Shown: positions 18,003-28,404, counted from the first letter of the stretch. The stretch is DNA of 64,000 nt from Spirochaetota bacterium (GCA_016929135.1 JAFGJK010000142.1:2059-66058), one strand, 5' to 3'. Made by a program: numbers and translations. The notes: generated from the letters alone by a model not told the origin.

Positions 18003-19250
18003 ATGAGCACAACGATAAGTAAAAACCGGCTCAACTATGTCGACTGGCTCAGGATCACTGCGGTACTGCTGCTTTTCCCGTACCATACGGGTAGAATTTT
18101 CTGTTCGAAATATTTCTATGTCAAAAATGAAACGGTAAGTGCCGTGGCGACTTTTATTGTGACCTTCATCGGGCAGTGGCACATGCACCTGTTCATGCTC
18201 CTGGCGGGCGTCGGTACCTTTTATGCCATGAAACACCGGAATCCCGGGGAATACATCCGGGAGCGGTTCCTCAGGCTGGTGGTGCCGCTTGCCTTCGGCA
18301 TCTTTGTCCTCATTCCCCCGCTCGCATACTTCAGGCTTTTCGGTAATCCCGATCGCGTATGGCCTGCCGGATTCTCCCACGGCGCGCCGGGAACGGGGTA
18401 CAGCGAAAGCTATTTTTCGTTCTATCCGAATTTTTTCAACGGGATGTTTCCCCGGGGCAACATGGAGTGGGGGCACCTCTGGTTTCTGGCGTATCTTTTT
18501 ACATTTTCTTTGATTGCGGTGCCGGTATTCATGTTCTTAAAAAGCGAGAAGGGAAAGAATCTGATCGATACACTGGCACGATGTGCCACAAAAAAATTCT
18601 GCATCTTCCTGTTCGTCATTCCGATTGTCGTGATTGAAGTATCGCTTCGACGGACCTATCCCGGAGTTCAGAATCTCATCAAGGACTGGGCCAATTTTCT
18701 CACGTACTTCACGGTATTCGTGTCCGGGTATATCATTATGGCTGACAGGCGGTTCCTCGAGGCGATCGACAGGATCCGGGGAGTCTCCCTGGTGATAGGC
18801 ATGGCGATGAACGCGGCGCTGGTTACCTCTCTCGATCTGCATACGGGAAACACCAGCTACAGTAGCATTGTATTCTCGGTTGCGATGATCGTCAAATCCA
18901 TCGCCATCTGGAGCATCCTCCTGGGGCTTATAGGGATGGGGAGGCGATACCTTGACCGCGGCGGCAGGTTTCTCGGATACGCACAAGAAGCGGCGATGCC
19001 CTATTATGTACTGCACCAGACTGCGGTGATGACTGCGGGGTTCTACATTGTGAAGCTCGATGCCGGGGTGGCGGTACAATACATCGCCATAATGCTTTCG
19101 GCGTTCGTCGCCGTTGCCGTCGTATACGAGGTGGCCCTTCGGCGAATTCCGATGCTCGGTTTCTTTGTGGGCATGAAATTGAAACGACGGAGTGTTGCTG
19201 GGAAATCAATTGAATTGGAGGAACTTGCAACACCCGGCAATGCGCAATGA
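18003..19250 (+). CDS. Acyltransferase-3 family integral membrane protein
   Basis: The N-terminus NRLNYVDWLRITAVLLLFPYH is typical of the acyltransferase_3/OpgC-like family. There are about 10 hydrophobic segments. Confidence 0.75.
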   Translation: MSTTISKNRLNYVDWLRITAVLLLFPYHTGRIFCSKYFYVKNETVSAVATFIVTFIGQWHMHLFMLLAGVGTFYAMKHRNPGEYIRERFLRLVVPLAFGIFVLIPPLAYFRLFGNPDRVWPAGFSHGAPGTGYSESYFSFYPNFFNGMFPRGNMEWGHLWFLAYLFTFSLIAVPVFMFLKSEKGKNLIDTLARCATKKFCIFLFVIPIVVIEVSLRRTYPGVQNLIKDWANFLTYFTVFVSGYIIMADRRFLEAIDRIRGVSLVIGMAMNAALVTSLDLHTGNTSYSSIVFSVAMIVKSIAIWSILLGLIGMGRRYLDRGGRFLGYAQEAAMPYYVLHQTAVMTAGFYIVKLDAGVAVQYIAIMLSAFVAVAVVYEVALRRIPMLGFFVGMKLKRRSVAGKSIELEELATPGNAQ

Positions 19251-19332
19251 TAAAAGTATTGACTGCTCGTTGTCCGGTATGTTCATGTTGAAATGAATCG
19301 GAGGATTCTAATAATGATGGAATGAGCTGTCC

Positions 19333-20400
19333 ATGTATGTATTGAAGATCGTGTTTCTTGTCGGATCCATCCAGGGATTCATCACCTCGCTGGCCCTGTT
19401 CTCCTTCGGAAAAACCCACAGGAAGGCGAATTATTACCTCGCCACCTCCGTGCTCGTAATGACTGGCATACTGCTCGTCGATTATTTCTTTCACGGCAAC
19501 GAGCCCTTCCGATTCCTGAAGCATTCCGATTTTCATGCCGTACTGTCCTTTCTCCTCGGGCCGTTGTTGTATCTGTACGTCAAATCCCTGACCGGTCTCG
19601 GGACGCCGAAGAAGAGTGCGGTGATACTCTATTTTACCCCCTTTATATCAGTTTTACTTTTTATGGGAGTATATATCGCGTCAGGATTTCTGCCTCAGGT
19701 ATATCAATACTTTTTCATTATCGAGATCTGTTCACTGCTTTATGTGCTTTCGTTTATTATTTTATCCATCCTGGGAATTCAACGATACGAGAGGGCGATT
19801 CGAGATTCATTTTCCAACCTGGATAAGGTCAGCCTCCAATGGCTGCGCGTAATAGAAATCGTACTGGCAACCATCATACTCGCCGCAGCGGTGTTGTATT
19901 TCTGGAAATCCTATTTCGACATGGTCTGGATTCTTGTGGCGCTCATGATCTATATCATAAGCTATTATACGTTGCGAAAGCCTGATATTTTTTCCGGGAC
20001 GGTGGCAGAGGAGGGTGTGAAAAAATATCAAAAGTCCTCGTTGAATTCGAAGATTCTGCAGGACAACAAGATGAAAATCGATAAAATAATGAAAGAAGAG
20101 AAAGTGTACATGGACAGCGAGATCACGCTGCCGATGTTGGCGGAGAAACTCTCCCTCCCGGTGCATCATCTGTCGCAGATAATCAATCAGGCATACAACA
20201 AGAGTTTTTATGAATTCATAAGCTTGTATAGAATCGAACAGGCAAAGGAACTGATCCTTTCATCGAAGGACGAAGATATAAGGATCATGAACATATGCTT
20301 TCAGGTCGGTTTCAATACGATTTCTTCCTTCAACAAGTCTTTCAAGAAATTCACCGGATTGACCCCCACGCAGTTCAGGAATAAAAAGCATCACTCATAG
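19333..20400 (+). CDS. 7-TM membrane-integrated AraC-family regulator (AraC3)
   Basis: The N-terminus is close to AraC4 (GSIQGFITSLALFSFGKTHRKANYYL). The C-terminal AraC HTH reads LPVHHLSQIINQAYNKSFYEFISLYRIEQAKEL...GFNTISSFNKSFKKFTGLTPTQFR. Confidence 0.9.
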   Translation: MYVLKIVFLVGSIQGFITSLALFSFGKTHRKANYYLATSVLVMTGILLVDYFFHGNEPFRFLKHSDFHAVLSFLLGPLLYLYVKSLTGLGTPKKSAVILYFTPFISVLLFMGVYIASGFLPQVYQYFFIIEICSLLYVLSFIILSILGIQRYERAIRDSFSNLDKVSLQWLRVIEIVLATIILAAAVLYFWKSYFDMVWILVALMIYIISYYTLRKPDIFSGTVAEEGVKKYQKSSLNSKILQDNKMKIDKIMKEEKVYMDSEITLPMLAEKLSLPVHHLSQIINQAYNKSFYEFISLYRIEQAKELILSSKDEDIRIMNICFQVGFNTISSFNKSFKKFTGLTPTQFRNKKHHS

Positions 20401-20522
20401 GGGAGGACAAACAATACCTGTTTCCGCGCTCAGGCATTCCCGGCGACGGTCGTTCAGCACGTATCTCTTCCCACCAGAGAGTGTGAGGTGATATCCGAAT
20501 TTTCTTTTATTGAAATTCGTGA

Positions 20523-20570
20523 AAGCTCCCTATCGGCTCGCTAGACAAACCGATCCTGTCGATATACATT
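20523..20570 (+). promoter_or_regulatory. Conserved element, site C (subtype 2): AAGCTCC-N12-TAGACA-N17-TACATT, about 125-170 nt upstream of the HXXEE gene
   Basis: Same architecture as sites A, B and D. It contains the inverted repeat ATCGG...CCGAT. Confidence 0.55.
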
Positions 20571-20692
20571 TCAACTGTAACGGATGCAAGTTAGAGATGC
20601 ATCGGAGTAGATTCGCCATTTTATCCGGATTCACTTTTATATGACCCACGGAATTTGCGGTATTGGATAGTTATCGGACAAGAGGAGGAGCG

Positions 20693-21247
20693 ATGAACCG
20701 GAGAATAGCGGACGCGGTGATCCCCGGAGTTATTACGGCTGCTCTTGTTGTCGTGTATGCAATAAAATCGCCCGGTTTTTTCAGCATCTATTTCGCACTT
20801 TCGTACATTTTATACCTGCTGACATTTTATAAGCGAATGCCGGACCTGAACCGCGTAGTGCCGCTCTATTTATTGGCGGTGGGCATGCAATTGCTGCATT
20901 TTGCGGAGGAATTCGTCACCGGATATCAGACCAGGATTGCAGCGGAAATCTATCATGTGCAGCCGTTCACCATTAATCAAATGGTAATAAGTCAGATGGT
21001 ACTTTTCTTTTTTACCATTGTGGGGGCGATCGCAATCGTAAAAAAATGGAAGATACCCATGTTCATGGTGTGGTTCGTCGTAATTATGCAGATGATGGTC
21101 AATGCTGTCCAGCATCCGATATTTTCGATAATGGTGCACGGCTATTTTCCCGGCCTGATCACCTCCCAGGTGGGATGGGTTCTCGGGCCCATACTTTTCA
21201 AACGCCTGTGGGAAGTCAGAAGGTATCCTGCGTCGGGAAACCCGTGA
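20693..21247 (+). CDS. HXXEE-domain membrane protein (copy 1)
   Basis: LHFAEEF motif in a 4-5-TM protein. ATG 20693 follows GAGGAGGAG. It is a paralog of 27840..28400. Confidence 0.8.
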   Translation: MNRRIADAVIPGVITAALVVVYAIKSPGFFSIYFALSYILYLLTFYKRMPDLNRVVPLYLLAVGMQLLHFAEEFVTGYQTRIAAEIYHVQPFTINQMVISQMVLFFFTIVGAIAIVKKWKIPMFMVWFVVIMQMMVNAVQHPIFSIMVHGYFPGLITSQVGWVLGPILFKRLWEVRRYPASGNP

Positions 21248-21331
21248 CAGGAGTGTCGACGCTGTGATACTTTTGTTTGATCGATCTTGAAAATCACAGC
21301 ATTGATTATCTCATGAAGAGGAAGATTTCAT

Positions 21332-22438
21332 ATGAAGAAGCGATTTTCGGTAAAGAGACGATTAAGCGTAACCGGCATTGTTGTGTTGCTGCTGGTTCCA
21401 ATTCTGATCGGGCTTTTCTTTATATTCGAGGATAACCTGATCAGATATGGAATACGGGATCAGGTCAAACGGAGAATGGTACAGACGGACTCCCGGCTGA
21501 ATGAAAAGGGGCTGAGGGTAATTCTTTTGGGAACAGGCTCTCCAATTATTGATAAGGAACGTACAATGCCCTGCAGCGCGGTAATCGCGGGAGGGCATAT
21601 TCTGATATTCGACGCAGGGCTGAGCGCCGCGAGGCAGTTCGGAATCAGAAAACTATCCTGGGATACGCTGGACGCGGTGTTCCTGACCCATATCCACGAC
21701 GATCATTTCTCCGGCCTTGGCCAGTTGATCCTAAGCAGGTGGATGCAATGCAATATGAAAAATAAAACACGGCCGCTTGACGTGTTCGGGCCCTCCGGCA
21801 CGGCCGGGGTGGTGAAGGGATTCGACGACGCCTATGCGTACCAGAACAGGATCCGATCCAATGCCGTGTACAACTATCCCCTTTCCGGAAGCGTGGGCGT
21901 GGCGCATGAAATCTCGATCAACGGGATGGAGAAAAAGCTGGTATATGAGAAGGACGGAATCCGCGTCTACGCCTTTTCAGTGGACCACATGAACCCCCTT
22001 GCGGTAAAAAAAGTTACTTTCGATGCCTTCGCCTACCGTGTCGAATACCGGGGGCAGGCCGTCGTGTTCAGCGGCGACTGCCGGGGGGATTCTCCGATAA
22101 CGAGGGAGAACCTGGAGCGGTATTCCCAGGATGCGGACATACTGGTCATGGAGATGTATCCCAAGTTTATAACGGACAATGCACTTATCGCCATGAGAGA
22201 TTTCGGCCTCGATGACTATGCCAGGCAGCTGGAGATCGCATCGGCACACCATGCCACCGACATCGATGGCGCGATGATTGCACAAAAAGCAAGGGTCAAG
22301 AAACTGGTTTTCAATCATCTCATACCGACGGATTTTCTGATCAAACATCAGACACTGCGACATACACGGAAATATTATAAAGGCGAATGCGTAGTATCCG
22401 AGGATTTTATGGAGATCAATCTCCCTCCCCTGGATTGA
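21332..22438 (+). CDS. MBL-fold metallo-hydrolase (RNase Z / Lactamase_B_2-like) with an N-terminal membrane anchor
   Basis: LLGTGSPI, FDAG, and canonical LTHIHDDHFSGL motifs. The N-terminal hydrophobic helix is GIVVLLLVPILIGLFFIF. Confidence 0.85.
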   Translation: MKKRFSVKRRLSVTGIVVLLLVPILIGLFFIFEDNLIRYGIRDQVKRRMVQTDSRLNEKGLRVILLGTGSPIIDKERTMPCSAVIAGGHILIFDAGLSAARQFGIRKLSWDTLDAVFLTHIHDDHFSGLGQLILSRWMQCNMKNKTRPLDVFGPSGTAGVVKGFDDAYAYQNRIRSNAVYNYPLSGSVGVAHEISINGMEKKLVYEKDGIRVYAFSVDHMNPLAVKKVTFDAFAYRVEYRGQAVVFSGDCRGDSPITRENLERYSQDADILVMEMYPKFITDNALIAMRDFGLDDYARQLEIASAHHATDIDGAMIAQKARVKKLVFNHLIPTDFLIKHQTLRHTRKYYKGECVVSEDFMEINLPPLD

Positions 22439-22510
22439 AGTTCGATATTCCTTGCCAGAGGGATTGGTCGGTGGACCTGAGATAACTGCATATTTTCCGG
22501 AGGTGGAACG

Positions 22511-23425
22511 ATGGGTTTTTCCGAAACGGGTCGTGAGATTCTGCAGGCCGACAACACTACGAAGTTACCCGCCTATGTCTGGATGCCCCGGGGCGGCCTC
22601 CGGGGGGTTTTGATAGGGATTCATGGAGGCATGGCGCACGGGGGCGACTGGGTGACGCCGGCGCTCTGGTTCATGAAGAGGGGCATCGCCACGTACGCGC
22701 CGGACCTCCGGTGGCACGGGACCTATCCGCAGTACAATCCCGGCGGCAAGGTGTTCTTCCATATAAATTCGTATGATGAGTACTGCCGGGACATACATGC
22801 GCTGTATCAATGGGTCAGGGCGAAGCATCCAGGCGTGCCGATATTCGTCATTTCCCATTCCAATGGCGCCCTTATCGCGCTTTTGTACGGCCTTACGGTC
22901 GGACGTGATGCAGATATTAAGGGGTTTATCGTCTCATCCCCCTGGCTGGAGAACAGGGTCAAGGTGCCGGCGCTCCTGCTGAACCTGTCAAGGGTCATCT
23001 CGATACTGGCACCGCGTTTTACGATTAAGCCCGCTCCACTGATCGACTCGCTCACGCATGATCCGCAGATTACGGCCCGGCACCGCGCCGATGAAGCGGC
23101 GGGCCTTCGCGGCACCATGGTCACCGCGCGGCTCGGTGTCGAGTCGATGAAGGCGCAGAAGTGGGTGATCAGTCATATGAAGGAATGGAACCGTTTTCCC
23201 CTCTTCGGTATAATCGCCGGTAAGGACGCCCTTGCCGACCCGGACGTGAGCGAAGCCGTGTTAAGGAAAGTCGAACCGTACCTGTTACGAATGCTCCGGT
23301 ACAATGAGAATTTTCATGAGAATTTCAACGAGGTCAACAGAGAAGAAATATACAAGAATATCGAGAATTGGATGGCCGGGCTGATGCCGGACATGCAGAT
23401 TGATGCGCCGGTGCGAGCACATTAG
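22511..23425 (+). CDS. Alpha/beta hydrolase (lysophospholipase / monoacylglycerol-lipase-like)
   Basis: GIHGGMAHGGDW oxyanion region and the nucleophile elbow ISHSNGA. Length and layout match the Hydrolase_4 family. Confidence 0.8.
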   Translation: MGFSETGREILQADNTTKLPAYVWMPRGGLRGVLIGIHGGMAHGGDWVTPALWFMKRGIATYAPDLRWHGTYPQYNPGGKVFFHINSYDEYCRDIHALYQWVRAKHPGVPIFVISHSNGALIALLYGLTVGRDADIKGFIVSSPWLENRVKVPALLLNLSRVISILAPRFTIKPAPLIDSLTHDPQITARHRADEAAGLRGTMVTARLGVESMKAQKWVISHMKEWNRFPLFGIIAGKDALADPDVSEAVLRKVEPYLLRMLRYNENFHENFNEVNREEIYKNIENWMAGLMPDMQIDAPVRAH

Positions 23426-23515
23426 GGATCACTAAGAAAATACAGTGTGAGGTTGTTGGGTTTCGATTCACAAAGTGGAGGATTATTATGAAGAGTGAAC
23501 AGAGTCCCAACTTGA

Positions 23516-25075
23516 ATGCTTATGAGGTCAGGTATGGAGAATATAACCGGATTTTTTCTCAGATCATACGCCAATCGTGCAATCATTGAACGGCAAAAGG
23601 CGCAGGCATTTTTCGTTATTCTTATTGTGAGCTTTGCATTGATGTTTGCTAATATAATTGTGAATATCATCATGCATCGGCAATTGTCAACGATTCCATG
23701 GCTCGCATCCGTTGAAGTGATTTTTATCATCTCCTTTATCCTGTTGAAAAAAGGACACAACAGACTTGCAGTCCATATCGTGCTCGTTCCAATTTTTATC
23801 ATTTTGTGGTACACCCTTTTTTCAGGTTTTATGAAGGAGGATCTCCTCATGAATTGCGACACGGTGGCGTATGTGTTCGCACTTCTCTCTTTCGTGGCAC
23901 TTGCATCGGGGAGAATCTCCATCGTCCTTTATTCTGCGGGGAATATCGTGGCCGTCGTGATATTTTGCTTTTATGGTGAATCACACGGCTATATGACCGG
24001 ACCACAGATGCATGATTATCTGATTAATAATGCACTTACCTTCATTGTTATCGGGATCACATCGTATACCGTGCTGAACAACAGCCGAAAATCAAACAGG
24101 ATAATTAAGGCATCCTTGGAGGAGAGCAATCAACGCGGAGAGAGTATCCGGAGAATCCTCGATGAAACCAACAGCGTCGCTGTCCAGCTGTCAGCGTCCA
24201 CCGAGGAGATGTCCGGCTCGACGTTCATATTCTCGACAAAAACTCAGACACAAGCCGCCTCAATCGAAGAGATAACCTCCACCGTCGAGGAAGTCGCTGC
24301 AAGCGGTGAGGGCATCTGTACCATGGCCCGCACTCAGACCGGTCTTTCCGAGAAGGGGCAGGGGGACATGGAAAACCTTTATAACAATGCCGTCAAAGTC
24401 GGGGATAAGATGCGGGGCGCATTGGCAATCAGGGACAGACTCAACGAGGTCGTCGATACATTCAAATCAGAGATACAGGACCTTCTTCTGGTTATCGCAA
24501 CCGCCATGTCGAAATTCAAAAACGTAAAGGATACCGTCAGTGTCATCGAGGAAATATCGGACAAGATAAACCTCCTTTCGCTGAATGCGGCCATCGAAGC
24601 CGCCCGTGCCGGCGTGTATGGTCGAGGTTTCGCGGTGGTGGCCGATGAGATCGGGAAGCTCGCTGAAAGTACCACCACAAATCTGAAGTCTATAAACACC
24701 CTGTTCAATGTGAGCAACGATGAAATCGGCAACCTCTACAGCAGGCTTGAAGCGTTCGTACACTCTCTCAACGGTATGATCGATTACATCTCGGAATTCA
24801 GCAAGCGAATCGATCTGGTCGTAGAGCTGACCGAAGAGGACCTTTCCCTCAACAGGACTGCCAGGGAATCGCTGGGAGCCCTGCACATAGAAGCGATTAA
24901 TATCCTCGGAGCCGCCAAGGAGCAGAAGACGGCACTTGAAGAAATCGCCAGGAGCATCTCCCACATCAATGGTGCGACCCAGGATATCGCCACCGGAGTA
25001 AGGGACCTTTCCGATACATCAAAGGAACTATCAGACACCGCCCGGCAGCTCATGGGAATGTCGCGGTACGCATAA
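23516..25075 (+). CDS. Methyl-accepting chemotaxis protein with a polytopic N-terminal membrane domain
   Basis: Highly conserved MCP signalling hairpin [33 protein letters not shown]. The start is uncertain (ATG 23516, 23522 or 23534). Confidence 0.85.
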   Translation: MLMRSGMENITGFFLRSYANRAIIERQKAQAFFVILIVSFALMFANIIVNIIMHRQLSTIPWLASVEVIFIISFILLKKGHNRLAVHIVLVPIFIILWYTLFSGFMKEDLLMNCDTVAYVFALLSFVALASGRISIVLYSAGNIVAVVIFCFYGESHGYMTGPQMHDYLINNALTFIVIGITSYTVLNNSRKSNRIIKASLEESNQRGESIRRILDETNSVAVQLSASTEEMSGSTFIFSTKTQTQAASIEEITSTVEEVAASGEGICTMARTQTGLSEKGQGDMENLYNNAVKVGDKMRGALAIRDRLNEVVDTFKSEIQDLLLVIATAMSKFKNVKDTVSVIEEISDKINLLSLNAAIEAARAGVYGRGFAVVADEIGKLAESTTTNLKSINTLFNVSNDEIGNLYSRLEAFVHSLNGMIDYISEFSKRIDLVVELTEEDLSLNRTARESLGALHIEAINILGAAKEQKTALEEIARSISHINGATQDIATGVRDLSDTSKELSDTARQLMGMSRYA

Positions 25076-25360
25076 CCGCGAGAAGCCTGCTTCGTTAATC
25101 CATCTTCAAGTCTCATCTCTTCTCTTTTTATTATATGCTCGACGATGTCTCTGTGGTCGTCCCATTTTTCAGGTGCCTGATACCCGGGAAGGCTCAATTA
25201 CAGCACAGCACCGAGTCATCAGCATATCGGCACCTCCAGCGTCAGACTTTGCGCCAACCTCATCCCGAGAACGTGAATGTCTGTGTCTTCCTCGGTTTGT
25301 CCGGGTGAGCTTTTATGCCGTATCCCCTCTGGTTGCAATATGAACATCAGCAATTTATTC

Positions 25361-25410
25361 AAGCTCCCTATCGGCTGCGTAGACAACCGCTTCAGACATT
25401 CGATATATAT
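25361..25410 (+). promoter_or_regulatory. Conserved element, site D (subtype 2): AAGCTCC-N12-TAGACA-N17/18-ATATAT/TATATA, about 40-90 nt upstream of the PreA-like gene
   Basis: Same architecture and fixed spacing as sites A-C. Confidence 0.55.
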
Positions 25411-25450
25411 TCGATACAGTCATTACTAAGAACAACACGGAGGACGATAC

Positions 25451-26818
25451 ATGAGCGATTTACAGGTGAACTTCGCAGGACTGAAACTGCACAACCCCTT
25501 GATCGCCGCGGCGGGGCCGATCACGGGAAACATCGATATCGTAAAGAAACTCTACGATGCGGGCATCGGGGCGGTGGTGACGAAAACAAGTTTTATTAAA
25601 CGCGAGTACGAGCGTTGGGTCGGCAGAAAGAACATCTTCCCCTACAAGCCGGTGTACAAGTATCAGGGTCTGGCCGACGGACGGCTCCTGTCGCTCCCCA
25701 GCCAGTCGGACGTGCCGATGGAGGAGTTCGCAAAGCGCATCACGGAAATGAAGAAGCTGGGGGTCACCGTGATCGCCAGCGCCATCGGGCTCTCCGTCAA
25801 GGGATACAGGGAATGCGTGCGGATGCTGGAGGATGCCGGGGCCGATGCCATCGAACTCAACTTCTGCTGTCCCATTCCGGAGTTCACCTCGCTGTATACC
25901 CATGCGGGGGATGCGGTCAGCATGAACCCGAAGCTGTACGCGAAACTCATAAAGGTGGTAAAGCGGACCGTATCGGTGCCGGTGGGAATAAAATCCACGG
26001 TCAACCTGCTTTTGTATGCGAAGGTCTTCGAGGGACTCCTGCGCGCCAAGATCGCCAACAGCTACCCGGATTTCATCACCCTCGTCGGGCAGCTCGATCA
26101 GAACCCCGGGATCGATATCAATACGCTGGAGCCGATCATTCCGCACATATCCACCTTCGGATGGCAGGGGAGCCTGTCAAAGCTTACCTACTCCGCGGTG
26201 TCCACCTTCAGCAGCTCCCTGGGCACTGACAATCCCCACATCGCCGCCTCGGGGGGGATCAACACCGTCGAGGAGGTGGTGACCGCCATGGCCCTGGGTT
26301 CTACGGCGGCGCAGCTGCACACGGTGATTCTGGACAAGGGGCCGGGCGTTGTCGCCAAAATCCTGGAAGAACTGAAGGCGTATCTCGATTCGCACGGATA
26401 CTCCAGCGTGAATGATATAATCGGCAAGACCAGCCGGAACTACATCCCATCCCTGCTGATCGGCAGGTTCATGCGGGAGCGGGATTCCCTGCTGGGTACG
26501 GTGTATGCCGGCGTCGACGGGGAACGCTGCAACGGCTGCTCAATCTGCGAGAGGGTATGTACGGAGAACGCGGTGATCATGCAGGATAAAAAGGCGGTGA
26601 TCGAATGGGATAAATGCAGGGGATGCAATCTCTGCGTCTTGAAGTGTCCCCGCGGGGCGATCCGCCTCGAGAACTACAATAAACTCGAGGAGATGATCGA
26701 GCAGTTCAAGTTCTCGGCGGCGGCAACATCCTTCCGGGAATTCATGAAGAAGGAGAAGATCGGACTGGGCGACGTTATCGCCCTCCCGGGGAAATTGAAA
26801 CGCTGGGGTCTGCGGTAA
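25451..26818 (+). CDS. Dihydroorotate/dihydropyrimidine-dehydrogenase-like flavoprotein (PreA-like) with a C-terminal 2x[4Fe-4S] domain
   Basis: The N-terminus VNFAGLKLHNPLIAAAGPIT is typical of the DHOD/DPD TIM-barrel family. It also has ELNFCCP, plus C-terminal CNGCSICERVC and CRGCNLCVLKC. Confidence 0.75.
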   Translation: MSDLQVNFAGLKLHNPLIAAAGPITGNIDIVKKLYDAGIGAVVTKTSFIKREYERWVGRKNIFPYKPVYKYQGLADGRLLSLPSQSDVPMEEFAKRITEMKKLGVTVIASAIGLSVKGYRECVRMLEDAGADAIELNFCCPIPEFTSLYTHAGDAVSMNPKLYAKLIKVVKRTVSVPVGIKSTVNLLLYAKVFEGLLRAKIANSYPDFITLVGQLDQNPGIDINTLEPIIPHISTFGWQGSLSKLTYSAVSTFSSSLGTDNPHIAASGGINTVEEVVTAMALGSTAAQLHTVILDKGPGVVAKILEELKAYLDSHGYSSVNDIIGKTSRNYIPSLLIGRFMRERDSLLGTVYAGVDGERCNGCSICERVCTENAVIMQDKKAVIEWDKCRGCNLCVLKCPRGAIRLENYNKLEEMIEQFKFSAAATSFREFMKKEKIGLGDVIALPGKLKRWGLR

Positions 26819-26861
26819 ACGGGCAATTCATTGCACTATCATAAACAAAAGGAGAAGAACC

Positions 26862-27791
26862 ATGAAAGTAATCGATACGCACGTACACCTCTTTCCCGAG
26901 GACGTTGAAAAGGAATTGTTGAATCACTACGTGGAGATCAGCGGTCAGTCGCTGCTGGAGACCCCTTCCACCCTGGCGGGACTTCGGGAGGAGTACAAGG
27001 AGTACGAGGTGCTGAAGTACGGCATCCTCGGGACCTGGGAGAGCACGAAAAAATTCGAGTCGAAAAATATTCGGCTGATGGCTGAATCGGACATCTACTA
27101 CGACCGGCACTACTTCTATTCCTACAACGGGTGGCTCGCGAAGCTACAGCGGGAGCACGACGATATTCTCTGCTTCGGCAACGTCCATCACGACGACCCG
27201 GAGATGGCGGGTGAGCTGGACAAGCTCTTCGGCGAGTATCGCCTTGCGGGACTGAAGATGCAGCCCTGCATGATGCTCTATACCCGCCTCAACGACAGGA
27301 GGCTCTTCCCTGCCTATGAAAGGGCCCAGGCGATGAATGCCCCCCTGGTCCTTCACACCGGCGGAGATCCCCAGCCGGGGAGGGAGATCTACGGCCACCC
27401 CAGGGACGTCGACGACATCGCCGCATCCTTCCCGAAGCTCAGGATCATCATGGCCCACATGGGGGCCCCCTTCTTCGGCGAGGCCCAGGAGGTGGTGAAG
27501 AAGCACGAGAATGTCTTCACCGATCTCTCTTTCACCATCGATTACAACGAAGCGATCAAGCTGGCCAAGCGTCACAAGATGACCCAGGTGGCAAACATAT
27601 CGAGGAAGGACTTCAACGCCCTCGCCGCTGCGCTGATAAGCGGCTTCGGGTTCGAGCGGGTGGTCTACGGGAGCGATTTCCCCTACGCGAGCCCGAGGGA
27701 CGCCGTCAAGGGGCTGCTGGAGCTGGACATCCCGGACGAGGCCAAGGAGATGATCCTCTGGAAGAACGCCAAAGAGATCCTCGGGATATGA
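26862..27791 (+). CDS. Amidohydrolase-2 (TIM-barrel metal-dependent hydrolase/decarboxylase) family protein
   Basis: MKVIDTHVHLF metal-binding start, internal LVLHTGG and IIMAHMG, and SDFPY near the C-terminus. Confidence 0.8.
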   Translation: MKVIDTHVHLFPEDVEKELLNHYVEISGQSLLETPSTLAGLREEYKEYEVLKYGILGTWESTKKFESKNIRLMAESDIYYDRHYFYSYNGWLAKLQREHDDILCFGNVHHDDPEMAGELDKLFGEYRLAGLKMQPCMMLYTRLNDRRLFPAYERAQAMNAPLVLHTGGDPQPGREIYGHPRDVDDIAASFPKLRIIMAHMGAPFFGEAQEVVKKHENVFTDLSFTIDYNEAIKLAKRHKMTQVANISRKDFNALAAALISGFGFERVVYGSDFPYASPRDAVKGLLELDIPDEAKEMILWKNAKEILGI

Positions 27792-27839
27792 AGGAGCCAT
27801 GCGCAACAATCGAACGTAGATGTATGTGAGGAGGAGCAC

Positions 27840-28400
27840 ATGAACGCGAAAATTCGCGACGCCCTCGTGCCGGGACTCATCGTCCTGGCGTGGGCGGCGA
27901 TTTACAGTTTCAAGGGGATATCGACGGCATTGACCTTCGGTCTCTCAATGGTTGCGGCATACGTCCTGTACCTCTTGACGAATTACCGGCGCATGCCGGA
28001 TCCGGCGCGGGTGCTCCCCCTCTATCTTGTGGCGCTGTGTATACAATGCCTTCACCTGCTGGAGGAGTTCGTGACCCGGTTCTATGTCCGGTTTCCTGCG
28101 GAGATCTATCATTCCACCCCCTTTACGGCGGAGGAGTTCATCACCAGTCAGATGGTCCTCTTCGGTCTCCTGATATTGGGCGCCCTGGCCCTTTACAGGG
28201 GGTGGAAAATACCCATGGTCTTCGTCTGGTTCTTCGTGATAATGCTCCAGTTCGTAAACGCGGTGCAGCATCCCCTGTACGCGATCATGAGGGGGGGATA
28301 CTTCCCCGGCCTGTTCACGTCATTCCCGGGCTGGATACTGGGACCGATTCTGTTCAAGCGGCTCTGGGAGGTGCGGGGATATGCGAGCAGCAGGGGGTGA
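27840..28400 (+). CDS. HXXEE-domain membrane protein (copy 2)
   Basis: LHLLEEF motif. It is collinear with 20693..21247, including the C-terminal GYFPGL..GW.LGPILFKRLWEVR. Confidence 0.8.
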   Translation: MNAKIRDALVPGLIVLAWAAIYSFKGISTALTFGLSMVAAYVLYLLTNYRRMPDPARVLPLYLVALCIQCLHLLEEFVTRFYVRFPAEIYHSTPFTAEEFITSQMVLFGLLILGALALYRGWKIPMVFVWFFVIMLQFVNAVQHPLYAIMRGGYFPGLFTSFPGWILGPILFKRLWEVRGYASSRG

Positions 28401-28404
28401 TGCC

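Noticed and set aside
23488-23589. A 33-codon ORF ([33 protein letters not shown]) with a strong GGAGGA RBS. It overlaps the start of the MCP gene in another frame.
   Set aside because: It could indicate a frameshift or mis-assembled MCP 5' end, or a leader peptide. It has no conservation evidence and no motif, so the MCP is reported with an uncertain start instead.
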